Shown piece by piece: positions 7,123 through 15,765 of a DNA stretch of 19,876 nt (the stretch's first letter is position 1; every line of letters starts with the position of its first letter). Below the pieces are notes generated by a model that searched no databases, was not told the DNA's origin, and saw nothing but the letters and a program-made list of their open reading frames with translations. The DNA is from Promethearchaeota archaeon (lineage in GTDB: Archaea; Asgardarchaeota; Odinarchaeia; Odinarchaeales; JBHLKK01). The position numbers were made by a program, and so were the translations under genes. The stretch spans positions 1 to 19,876 of the forward strand of contig JBHLPL010000015.1 in assembly GCA_048939465.1 (NCBI GenBank). The letters run 5' to 3'.

Positions 7123-8505
7123 TCAAGTTAACACGCTCGGTATTGGATCCTTGCGATGTTCCTCTTTACGCATTTTTGAGTGAGTAGATCCAGAGAAGAC
7201 TCGGCGTTTTCCAAAAGGTTTCAGCAATGAAACAAACTTCGAGAGATAAAGCAGATAACCCTTCGCGGTTTTGAAGTCAATATTATCTTGATTGCGTGGT
7301 GCTCGTTCTGCTATTTCAGTCCACTTTTTGATAACCTCGTCATGAGGAAGTGTCAGGCCACTTCTTCTGAGCTTGTTGACCAACTGAGAAAAAGAAAGAG
7401 TATCAGAGGAGTTGTTGGTTAGTTCAAAGTGCTTAGCTTTCAGCGCAGAATGCAGGGCTGATTGAGCCTCAACAAGGTATGAGGCGTAAGCTCCATTCTC
7501 AAAATGGGACCTAGCTTCCCCCAAACTCCTGCTGAAAGCTTTTAAATGGGCATTCAAGTCTCTTGCTGTTGAGTACGAGGGTAAATCTGAAAGAGATTTC
7601 TCAGTTGACCCAGAATATAATGAATTACCTGGATCGACAAGTGACGGGACCAAGACTTCATCTGATTCTATTGGCAAAATGAAACGATTCTCAAGAGCTT
7701 TAGCCAGTTTGATTCCTCCTATGATTATTGAAGATATGGCTCCCATAAGAACAGCGAGACTTAGAATCATAAAACTTGGCCAGTATTCAGTTAGCGGGAA
7801 TATGTTCGTCCTGAGAATAGTATCTAAGGCCGCGAACCCCCAAAAACAGCCCAGTATTGCGAACATCTTTTGCGAGATGGATAGAGGCCAGCCCAAATGA
7901 TTGATGTTGGCTGTAGATAGTTTTTCAACCACCCTTCTTACCGATTCTTTCTCCTTATCTAGGAATTTCCCAAGCTTCCTTATTGGCACTACGTATATAT
8001 TGTATCTCCTTTGGTCTCCAAAAGCTAGAAGCCACTCTCTCGAAGAATCATTAAGGTTCAGAGAATCGGCAGTTTCATCGTCTGTAAGCACAATCGGAGT
8101 CACCCGGAAGGTCGCCACATTACCATTGATGCGATGCACAGCTGCCCTAAGCATCGGTAGGGCCATCTTTCTCATTTCCATTTTCGGAAATAGCTTTCCT
8201 AGGGTCTCTAAGATGTGCAAATTGCCACCATCTTTGCTTTTTTTAAGAGCATCAAACTCGTTCTTTACTTCGTTCATAAAAGCTGCGCAATGCTGATCCA
8301 AAACATCAGTAACTTGATTCTCACCTTGAGGCGATTGGGAGAGGTTGAATCTGCTAATTAAGAGTAGGTCCACAAGAACAGCGGTCTTTTCAGAATGATT
8401 GAAGCATTTGCCAGCTATCCACTGGGTGATAATCCTCGGAGCACATGCTACTCTGTAATTCCTATCCTCCAATATCGTCTTTAGTTGGTCTGAGACACTC
8501 TTCAT
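7123..8505 (-). CDS. Membrane protein: uncharacterised N-terminal alpha/beta region, 2 TM helices, C-terminal HEPN-like domain
   Basis: Hydrophobic segments MFAILGCFWGFAALDTIL and FMILSLAVLMGAISSIIIGGI; ARSHFENGAYASYLVEAQSALHSALKA resembles the first two HEPN helices; no RxxxxH. Confidence 0.6.
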   Translation of the reverse strand: MKSVSDQLKTILEDRNYRVACAPRIITQWIAGKCFNHSEKTAVLVDLLLISRFNLSQSPQGENQVTDVLDQHCAAFMNEVKNEFDALKKSKDGGNLHILETLGKLFPKMEMRKMALPMLRAAVHRINGNVATFRVTPIVLTDDETADSLNLNDSSREWLLAFGDQRRYNIYVVPIRKLGKFLDKEKESVRRVVEKLSTANINHLGWPLSISQKMFAILGCFWGFAALDTILRTNIFPLTEYWPSFMILSLAVLMGAISSIIIGGIKLAKALENRFILPIESDEVLVPSLVDPGNSLYSGSTEKSLSDLPSYSTARDLNAHLKAFSRSLGEARSHFENGAYASYLVEAQSALHSALKAKHFELTNNSSDTLSFSQLVNKLRRSGLTLPHDEVIKKWTEIAERAPRNQDNIDFKTAKGYLLYLSKFVSLLKPFGKRRVFSGSTHSKMRKEEHRKDPIPSVLT

Positions 8506-8521
8506 TTTCTGACACCAAAGT

Positions 8522-8602
8522 GATGGGTTGGGCTGAGGAAAAATCAGTTAGGGATACTTAGACCTGGGAGCTTAGAGGACTTCCTCAGCCCTAACCTCTA
8601 TC
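8522..8602. other. Long inverted repeat / structured element in the 5' region of the 7123-8505 gene
   Basis: Perfect 11-bp IR GGGCTGAGGAA (8530-8540) / TTCCTCAGCCC (8581-8591), extended by GGTT/AACC across a 1-nt bulge; 40-nt interior. Confidence 0.7.
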
Positions 8603-8631
8603 TCGCCTTGGTTTGGAAGAATTAAGCGATC

Positions 8632-8647
8632 CATTTAAAGACTTTTC
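8632..8647 (-). promoter_or_regulatory. BRE/TATA promoter for the 7123-8505 gene (GAAAAGTC-TTTAAATG on minus)
   Basis: Canonical BRE + TATA about 125 nt upstream of ATG 8505; predicted TSS near 8606-8610. Confidence 0.6.
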
Positions 8648-8918
8648 TTGTGGGGCTTGATTAAAGGCAAACTCAGGTTATTTTTTGAAGAATAGCGTTC
8701 TACTCCTATTTTCTTGTGACTATTCCTAGGAAAGTGCTTTAGAAGTCAAGAAATCTTCATTGGCTCCCCATCTATCAAATGAAATGCAATTTCTCCTTAT
8801 ATTTCCACAATGAATCAATTCTTTTTTCATTATGATCCTGGCAAAAACGCGACAATTTACACCCAAAATATATAGAAGTTCCGACAATAAAAAATACGAA
8901 TCTCCCGTCAAGGAGAAA

Positions 8919-10052
8919 ATGACGATGATTAGAAGGAGCACCCTCAGAAGATCAAAAAGACTAACTGAAAAAGATGTTTTGATAGCAACACTGCTTAAGG
9001 AAAATCCAGACGCAAGTATACGAAAGCTTTCAAGCTTGTCAAGATTCAGCAAGGATGCGGTCTTTAGAAGCATAAAGAAAATGAGCATGGTTATGGATAT
9101 GAAGAGGAAGGCGTTAATAAACTACCCGATAGTAGGCCTCAAACCTGCATTTGTGTTTGCAATATCAAACATCGAAAAAGCAGACATTGCTCTAGCGTCC
9201 CTAAGAATGCCTTACCTAAACCACATCTTTACATTGATGGGGGGGGAAACATTTGCATTACTCGCTTTCTATGCGTTGCCTAATCCTGCAGTTCTCAAAC
9301 CCATTCTAGGATCCTACAGGAGCTGGAGATGGCACACAAAGCAGTACATCATGGAGTGCTCATCTGTAGGATCGGATATCTCATTTCAGTACTACTCTGT
9401 AAAGGCAGGGGAATGGAATGTCACGTGGCCTCTATGGGGCTTTTTTTTGAAGGAGATCTTGCTGAAGAAAGGATTTGCTGAAGTGCAAAGACTCACACGA
9501 CACAAGTACAAGTACCCAGAGGAGCAGCCGGAGATTGATCTTTTGCAGTTGGAGATTCTCAAAGAGCTTTGGTGTGATTCTCAAATTGATGTTCCTAATC
9601 TTGTAGAGAAGCACAGAACAAGTTACGCTACAATTAGAATGAAACAGCAAATCCTAAGGGACAAAGGTGCCTATTGGCTACATTTGTCTATTGATCCGAT
9701 AAAATCTAAGTTATTTGACAGAATAGTCCTAATAGTTGACGCGAAGGAAGAAGACGTGCTGGATGGTGTTCAAATCGCTCTTCAGGCTTTGCCATACTCG
9801 ATAAGTTACAGGGTTACCGGAGACTTAGACGGTATAGTAGCCATGCTCTCCCTGCCCTCTCCGGGAATTTCAAGGGTTTTTCATATTCTCTCAGAACATT
9901 TGTGGGATATGGTTGACAATTACTGGATCTTCCCCATAATTCGACATCTCGAAGTTAGAAACCCGTTTCCACTGAAGCTCTTTGATGCAGAAAAGCAAGA
10001 GTGGTTCTTCCCCCCCAAGATTGAGAATAGGAAATATGTATACTATGAATAG
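8919..10052 (+). CDS. Transcriptional regulator with two tandem Lrp/AsnC-like HTH + RAM-like repeats
   Basis: HTH1 LTEKDVLIATLLKENPDASIRKLSSLSRFSKDAVFRSIKKM; HTH2 IDLLQLEILKELWCDSQIDVPNLVEKHRTSYATIRMKQQILRDKG; each followed by a beta-alpha-beta segment. Start moved to ATG 8919 (AGGAG at 8911-8915, AATATATAG near 8867-8875). Confidence 0.7.
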   Translation: MTMIRRSTLRRSKRLTEKDVLIATLLKENPDASIRKLSSLSRFSKDAVFRSIKKMSMVMDMKRKALINYPIVGLKPAFVFAISNIEKADIALASLRMPYLNHIFTLMGGETFALLAFYALPNPAVLKPILGSYRSWRWHTKQYIMECSSVGSDISFQYYSVKAGEWNVTWPLWGFFLKEILLKKGFAEVQRLTRHKYKYPEEQPEIDLLQLEILKELWCDSQIDVPNLVEKHRTSYATIRMKQQILRDKGAYWLHLSIDPIKSKLFDRIVLIVDAKEEDVLDGVQIALQALPYSISYRVTGDLDGIVAMLSLPSPGISRVFHILSEHLWDMVDNYWIFPIIRHLEVRNPFPLKLFDAEKQEWFFPPKIENRKYVYYE

Positions 10053-10206
10053 CAAGCTAAGGAATATGGGTTGTCTGAGCTGGTTGACGGCGATTCTCGG
10101 TAAAATGTCTCTGGATGGGGCAGTTTCCTATGCATCAAAGATATCCCACAGAGTTGTTTTCATTTACGTTGGATGACTGAATTTAGCCAACCTGCTTTAG
10201 TGAATA

Positions 10207-10221
10207 CAAATAATTTATAAG
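10207..10221 (+). promoter_or_regulatory. TATA promoter for hppA (TTTATAAG)
   Basis: TTTATAAG at 10214-10221 with an A-rich upstream segment, about 60 nt before the start. Confidence 0.5.
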
Positions 10222-10283
10222 GAGGTTATCATTTATCGGGAAATGCGGCTAATCCCGCATATATGGGTATGAAATACTAGGAT

Positions 10284-12587
10284 GTGGGTCAAATAACTCT
10301 AGAATGGGCTCTTCTGTGGTTTATTCTGCTCGTATCCGTAGGTGGTTTGGTCTATGCAGTCCTGTTGGTGAGAGAAGTCCTCCGGCATGAGGAAGGGACC
10401 CCAGCCATGGTAAAGATTGCTAGAGCGATTCGCGGCGGTGCCAATAGCTATCTACGAAGACAATTTAGGTCAGTATTTCCAATTGTATCCATTTTGACCA
10501 TCGTTTTGTTCTTTACAGCGTACCTAGCAACGACACCTCTTTACACGGCGGGATCGCCAGAGGCTCTTTTTTACTCAATTGGCAGAGCTGGAGCCTTTGT
10601 AATGGGATCTGTCTTCTCAGCAACCGTGGGCTTCATAGGAATGAATATGTCGACAAGAGGAAACGTGAGAGTAGCAAATGCTGCGAGAAGAGATTTCGGA
10701 GAAGCATTGAAAATTGGCTACAGAACAGGAACGATAACTGGTATGTTAACGGACGGGTTAGGCCTGCTAGGGGGAGTAATCATTTTCATGATCTATCAGC
10801 AGTTTGCCTTTGAGGTCTTGCTCGGCTATGGATTCGGTGGTTCGCTAATTGCGTTGTTTATGAGGATTGGAGGGGGTATCTATACCAAGGCTGCCGATGT
10901 AGGAGCAGACATGGTGGGAAAAGTTGAAAAAGGAATACCAGAGGATGATCCTAGGAATCCTGCAGTAGTAGCCGATCTAGTGGGCGACAATGTGGGTGAC
11001 TGCGCAGGTATGGCTGCTGACATTTTTGAGTCATATGAAGTTACAATTGTATCCGCCATGATTCTAGGATACTTGGCCCTAGGGTTTGCAGGAGTGATAT
11101 TCCCATTAATTGTCAGGGCCATTGGAGTCATTTCATCAATAATTGGTACGTACTTCGTCAAAGCAAGGGGAAAAATGAAGGATGCCCTGAAGTCTATTAA
11201 AACAGGGTTTAATACTTCGGCTGCAATATCGATTGTTGGCTTCTTCATTGGAGCAATCCTTTACATGGGTCTTAGCAATCCTCCTGGAATTCCGGCGGGT
11301 GTGGATACGGTCATTCTGTCGATAAGAATGGCAGTAGCTACGTTAACGGGCGTGATTCTGGCAATCTCGATCAATGAACTGACGGATCGATTTACTTCAA
11401 TCAAGCATTCTGCAGTTGAAGGTATAGCTAGATCAACCAATACCGGTGCTGCGACTACTATTCTAAGAGGATTGGCAGTAGGTTATGAGTCCAGCGTTTG
11501 GAATGTTATTGTAATTGCCGCATCGATACTTGTATCCGCAATCATCTTCTTTGGATTAAGTCTTGTTTTCGTATTCTACGGTGTCGCACTCTGTGGCATT
11601 GGCATGCTTACACTAACGGGTAACAACATCTCAATGGACGCCTTTGGTCCCATATCGGACAACGCCCAAGGAATAGGTGAGATGGCGGATCTTGAAGACG
11701 ACGCCAGAAAAATACTAGAGCAGCTTGACTCAGTCGGCAATACCACAAAAGCAATAACGAAAGGCGTAGCAATAGCTTCAGCGGTCATTGCAGCAGTAGC
11801 CTTATTTTGGTCATACGTGGAAGACACACTGATCGGAGTAATAGATGTGGCAAATGTCTATGTTTTCATAGGTTTGCTGATCGGCGGAGCCATACCGCTC
11901 CTGTTTAGCTCTATTTCAATCCGAGCAGTAGATCGAGCAGCCTCCAAAATCATACTGGAAGTACGAAGGCAATTCAATCAGATACCTGGACTTATGGAGG
12001 GAAAAGCCGATCCAGACTATAACACATCGGTTTCAATATGCGTTTCAGCAGCCCAAAAGGAACTTATCGGACTAGGTGTAATCGCTATCTTGAGTCCTAT
12101 AGTCGTGGGTTACCTGTTGGGCGTAGCGGCCCTCGGAGGTTTCCTTGCAGGAGTGATACTTGTAGGTCAGCTGCTTGCGGTGTTTATGGCCATAGCAGGT
12201 GGAGCATGGGACAATTCCAAGAAGGCCATTGAAGCAGGTCTATACGGTGGTAAGGGATCCGAAGCCCACAAAGCAAGTGTCATAGGAGACACAGTCGGAG
12301 ACCCCTTGAAAGATACAGCCGGACCAGCAATCAATCCAATGATAAAGGTGATGAATCTTATCTCTTTGCTGGTAGCTCCGCTAATCCTGTATGGATTAAT
12401 CGAATTCGATGTGGCCGATTTAGGTTCGATAGTTATGGCAGCCGCAATCGGGTTCACACTCATGGCAGTAATTGGCGTAGCAGTCTGGTATAGCAAGAGA
12501 GAATCAAAAGAAACTTTGGAAATCATAGATCAACTTGCCAAGGAACAAGCTGGCCAAAAGGATAAACCTAAGGCAGGTCAGAAATAG
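10284..12587 (+). CDS. hppA: Membrane-bound H+-translocating pyrophosphatase, K+-independent type
   Basis: GGGIYTKAADVGADMVGKVE, EDDPRNPAVVADLVGDNVGDCAGMAADIFESY, DAFGPISDNAQGIGEM, GGAWDNSKK, GDTVGDPLKDTAGPAINPMIK; GNTTKAITKG has Lys at the K+-dependence site. Confidence 0.96.
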   Translation: MGQITLEWALLWFILLVSVGGLVYAVLLVREVLRHEEGTPAMVKIARAIRGGANSYLRRQFRSVFPIVSILTIVLFFTAYLATTPLYTAGSPEALFYSIGRAGAFVMGSVFSATVGFIGMNMSTRGNVRVANAARRDFGEALKIGYRTGTITGMLTDGLGLLGGVIIFMIYQQFAFEVLLGYGFGGSLIALFMRIGGGIYTKAADVGADMVGKVEKGIPEDDPRNPAVVADLVGDNVGDCAGMAADIFESYEVTIVSAMILGYLALGFAGVIFPLIVRAIGVISSIIGTYFVKARGKMKDALKSIKTGFNTSAAISIVGFFIGAILYMGLSNPPGIPAGVDTVILSIRMAVATLTGVILAISINELTDRFTSIKHSAVEGIARSTNTGAATTILRGLAVGYESSVWNVIVIAASILVSAIIFFGLSLVFVFYGVALCGIGMLTLTGNNISMDAFGPISDNAQGIGEMADLEDDARKILEQLDSVGNTTKAITKGVAIASAVIAAVALFWSYVEDTLIGVIDVANVYVFIGLLIGGAIPLLFSSISIRAVDRAASKIILEVRRQFNQIPGLMEGKADPDYNTSVSICVSAAQKELIGLGVIAILSPIVVGYLLGVAALGGFLAGVILVGQLLAVFMAIAGGAWDNSKKAIEAGLYGGKGSEAHKASVIGDTVGDPLKDTAGPAINPMIKVMNLISLLVAPLILYGLIEFDVADLGSIVMAAAIGFTLMAVIGVAVWYSKRESKETLEIIDQLAKEQAGQKDKPKAGQK

Positions 12588-12613
12588 GATAGATGTCGCC
12601 TCGTCATCTTCTC

Positions 12614-12620
12614 TTTTTTT
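12614..12620 (+). terminator. Oligo-T terminator candidate after hppA
   Basis: T7 run in a pyrimidine-rich stretch about 27 nt after the stop. Confidence 0.4.
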
Positions 12621-12686
12621 ATATGCAATACGGATATTCGTATTAGTTAAGGACAATCAAGAATCAGAAACCTATGGCGATGAAGA

Positions 12687-14279
12687 ATGGGTTCTTCAAT
12701 AGTGGGAGTCTTTGATAGAAAGGGTAGAGATGTTTTTGGCAGGATTTTGGGTATGCTTTCCGCTACCAAGCACAGAGGTTCAGAAAATGTCGGGATAGTA
12801 ATTAAGGGGAGAAGTATCTTCGCAACGGGTTTTGGAGAAGTTGACAGAGTTTACGTACCGGGGAATATTGGAATTGGAGTTACCTGGGACGGTACTGAAA
12901 AGAGATTTGGACAAGTCAATGATTCGTTTCGTGGGATTTTGGACGGGGAACTCTATGGGAGCGAGGAACAAAAAAAGAGACCTTCCGGGAGTGTCTTTGA
13001 AACACGATCAGATATTGAGACATTAGTTTACCTTCTCAAAGATGGAATCGTAGAGCAAAATACCAGAAAAGATGCTGAGAGATTTATACGCAAAAAGCTC
13101 AGAACCGTCGACGGGGTATATGCGTTAGCTATTCTTCACGAAGACAAAATATTCATTGCCAGAGACATGATTGGCATCAAGCCCTTGTACATTGTTGAAG
13201 ATGAGGATGTCATCGCCTTCTGTTCCGAGAAAAAGGGATTGTGGTCTATTGGATTGAAGAAGAAGATTCGTCCCCTCGAGCCAGGTAGCTTCGCAGTTGC
13301 CAATAGAAGTGGTCTACACATTTTTCGCAGATCTTGGATGTTTAGGACTCACAAGATTGAACTAGAAGAATCCGTTATGGGACTTGACCTTGTTCTGAGG
13401 AGATCGGTTGAAAAAAGAGTCAAAAATCACGATTCGATTGGGTTGTTGTTTTCCGGTGGTTTAGACAGTGCAGTGCTGGCTGCGATAACCAGGGATCTGG
13501 GAAAGGACCCTTGCCTATATTGCGTTGGCACTAAAAAGGCCAGGGATATAGAGAGAGCCCAGAGAATTGCAGGTATGATTGATTTGACTTTGAGAATAAA
13601 GATACTTCACCTTCACAATATTGAGCGCGATCTGGCCAGAATAGTCCATGGAATTGAAACCAATGATTTCAGAGCCATAGCCATTGGAATTCCTGTATTC
13701 TTTGCCAGTAAGTTAGCCAAGGATGACGGGATGGACACTGTTTTAAGCGGTCAGGGAGCTGATGAGCTCTTTGGCGGCTACGCTCGATATTTACGTATGC
13801 TGGAACAAGAAGGGTATCGCAGACTCCAAAAAGCTCTGGAGCAGGATGTTATGAAGATTGCAGAATTGAATATTCAGCGAGACGATCACGTATCCGTTAT
13901 GAATGGAGTACAGATACAACTGCCGTACCTGGACTGGAGTGTCGTGAAGTTCGGATTGGGAATTCCGATAAGGTTCAAGATACAAAGAGGGGTAGGCGGG
14001 TGGAGCAGGAAGTTTGTTCTCAGAAAATTGGCTGAGAGCATGGATTTACCTAAAGAAGTCTGCTGGGCACCAAAAATCGCCATGCAATATGGCTCTGGAT
14101 CTGAAAAAAGCTTGGGAAGGCTTGCAAAGGCGAGGGGGTTCTCTAAATCCTTTTCCAGGAAACATGGTTACGGTAACAACATCCAATTATTTGTAGATTG
14201 CATCGCCGAGCAAGTCGGAATACCTATGGAATTGTCTCGACTAGATAATATAATAAAGGAATTGGATTTTTCCCTATAG
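12687..14279 (+). CDS. asnB: Asparagine synthetase B-like protein (Ntn GATase-like domain + ATP-pyrophosphatase domain), N-terminal Cys absent
   Basis: HRG, DGELY, SDIE, DGVYA, ARDMIGIKPLY, LFSGGLDS, LSGQGADELFGGYARY, PYLD, PKIAMQYGSG; the N-terminus is MGSSIVG rather than MCGI. Confidence 0.85.
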   Translation: MGSSIVGVFDRKGRDVFGRILGMLSATKHRGSENVGIVIKGRSIFATGFGEVDRVYVPGNIGIGVTWDGTEKRFGQVNDSFRGILDGELYGSEEQKKRPSGSVFETRSDIETLVYLLKDGIVEQNTRKDAERFIRKKLRTVDGVYALAILHEDKIFIARDMIGIKPLYIVEDEDVIAFCSEKKGLWSIGLKKKIRPLEPGSFAVANRSGLHIFRRSWMFRTHKIELEESVMGLDLVLRRSVEKRVKNHDSIGLLFSGGLDSAVLAAITRDLGKDPCLYCVGTKKARDIERAQRIAGMIDLTLRIKILHLHNIERDLARIVHGIETNDFRAIAIGIPVFFASKLAKDDGMDTVLSGQGADELFGGYARYLRMLEQEGYRRLQKALEQDVMKIAELNIQRDDHVSVMNGVQIQLPYLDWSVVKFGLGIPIRFKIQRGVGGWSRKFVLRKLAESMDLPKEVCWAPKIAMQYGSGSEKSLGRLAKARGFSKSFSRKHGYGNNIQLFVDCIAEQVGIPMELSRLDNIIKELDFSL

Positions 14280-14308
14280 GTTAAAATACTGAGGTTGTTA
14301 ACGAACGG

Positions 14309-15148
14309 ATGAATAAGGTTCGGGGAACACCAATGTTGGAAAACATCGGCATTGCCACAATGATGAGGCATGAGTTTAGACTCTCTGACTTTTTGGATGA
14401 GATGAATCGGCTTGAGATTGGGGTTGTTGAGCTTAGGTGCGAGAAGCCTGTTCTTTATCCAAGGGACGTAAACTCCCGAATGCGAATAAATCTGAGACAG
14501 ATTTTGGAGAAGCACTCTATTACAGCCTTGGTTCACGCTCCGTTCCATGATGTGAATCTGGCAAGCCTTAACCCATTGATGAGAAGAGCATCTGTCAAAC
14601 AACTCAGGGAATGCATAGAATTTGCAAATGATGTAGGCTCAAAGCTAGTTGTTGTTCACCCGGGTCAACTTTCCAAGGATTATCCCAAGGTAATGCTAAA
14701 ACAAAGCTGTCTGAATCTCGTAGACAGTATCAACGGTGTGATCCCGTCAGTTGAGAAGTTGGATATGATTCTTGCCTTGGAGAACCAACACGATGGGAGT
14801 GCGTACGGAGTCATTAGTTTTCCCGAAGACTACATTGAGATTATCGAAGAACTTGATTCACCTTATGTTAAGGGGGCCTTTGATGTTGGGCATGCAAACA
14901 CCTTCAAGATCGATCTGGAAGCAGGTTTAATGAAGATATCAGGTTACCTTGTAAACATTCATATACACGACAATGACGGAAAAAGCGATTTGCACTTACC
15001 GGTAGGAGAGGGGATTATCGATTTTAGAGGTGTTTTGAGGACTTTAAAGAATCTGAATTATAAGGGTCCGTTAATCATTGAGAATAAGACTTTTGGAGAT
15101 GCAATAAAAAGCAGAGATAGACTCAGGCTAATCTGGGATAGTTTGTAG
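14309..15148 (+). CDS. Sugar phosphate isomerase/epimerase family (xylose isomerase-like / AP endonuclease 2 TIM barrel)
   Basis: VHAPFHDVNLAS, VVVHPG, LALEN, FDVGHAN, IHIHDNDGKSDLHLPVGEGIIDF, LIIE metal-ligand motifs. Alternative start ATG 14333. Confidence 0.85.
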   Translation: MNKVRGTPMLENIGIATMMRHEFRLSDFLDEMNRLEIGVVELRCEKPVLYPRDVNSRMRINLRQILEKHSITALVHAPFHDVNLASLNPLMRRASVKQLRECIEFANDVGSKLVVVHPGQLSKDYPKVMLKQSCLNLVDSINGVIPSVEKLDMILALENQHDGSAYGVISFPEDYIEIIEELDSPYVKGAFDVGHANTFKIDLEAGLMKISGYLVNIHIHDNDGKSDLHLPVGEGIIDFRGVLRTLKNLNYKGPLIIENKTFGDAIKSRDRLRLIWDSL

Positions 15149-15160
15149 GCTCTTTGAATC

Positions 15161-15733
15161 TCACATCTGCTCAAGCTTATGGCCGCAGTAAGAGCAGTAC
15201 ATCGCATCACTTGATGCGGGAGAACCACAGTATGGACAGAAAGAAGCTGCCTTCCCTTCGGTCTGCAAGAAGTCAGCTGTGCGCTCGGTTTGTATTTCGG
15301 CGAATCTCTTCTGAGTCTCCGGCTCATATTCACGATATTCCTTAGCTTCGTCTCCCAGGATGACTTCCCCTGTTTTTGGGTCAAATGCAGCCACCAGCTT
15401 CCCTTCGGCCCTTAGATCAATCACTGTTCGTTTTACATCTTTCTCCTTCATCTCCAATTCTTCGGCCAGCTCACCAATCGTTGTTCGAGTATGGAGTCTT
15501 AATGTACCCAGAACCGCTTTTCTTGTTTGGTAGCGCTGGTAGATCGTTACGATAGATATAAAGGAGCAGAATATGAATGGAAAATACCACCAGCCCGTTC
15601 CAAAGTCTGTCAGCTGTGCAATGTTCAGTATTCCAACTATCAGGAAGCCAACCGCGACCATTATGAAGAAAAACGGAATTTCTTCGTATTTATACCGCGC
15701 CACTCGAGCATGCCTCCTTTCCAGCCGGTTCAA
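15161..15733 (-). CDS. 2-TM membrane protein with PCI-like winged helix and C-terminal zinc ribbon
   Basis: Two N-terminal hydrophobic helices; TTIGELAEELEMKEKDVKRTVIDLRAEGKLVAAFDPKTGEV is a PCI-type wHTH; CPYCG-x8-YCSYCG at the C-terminus; TTG start. Confidence 0.7.
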   Translation of the reverse strand: MNRLERRHARVARYKYEEIPFFFIMVAVGFLIVGILNIAQLTDFGTGWWYFPFIFCSFISIVTIYQRYQTRKAVLGTLRLHTRTTIGELAEELEMKEKDVKRTVIDLRAEGKLVAAFDPKTGEVILGDEAKEYREYEPETQKRFAEIQTERTADFLQTEGKAASFCPYCGSPASSDAMYCSYCGHKLEQM

Positions 15734-15765
15734 CTAAATCGGCGGAGATTCCTCTTTCAGGATTT

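Noticed and set aside
8533-8588. CTGAGGA (hammerhead CUGANGA core) on both strands of the hairpin
   Set aside because: No correctly placed GAAA and stem II, and the motif is buried in the main stem.
8522-8602. Hairpin as a SECIS element or MITE
   Set aside because: No nearby gene shows an in-frame TGA and the element is not 3' of a candidate selenoprotein; no target-site duplication or second copy is seen in the window.
10066-10176. 36-codon ORF (MGCLSWL...) after the tandem Lrp gene with a weak AAGGA SD
   Set aside because: Short, no motif and no independent promoter evident; cannot be supported from sequence alone.
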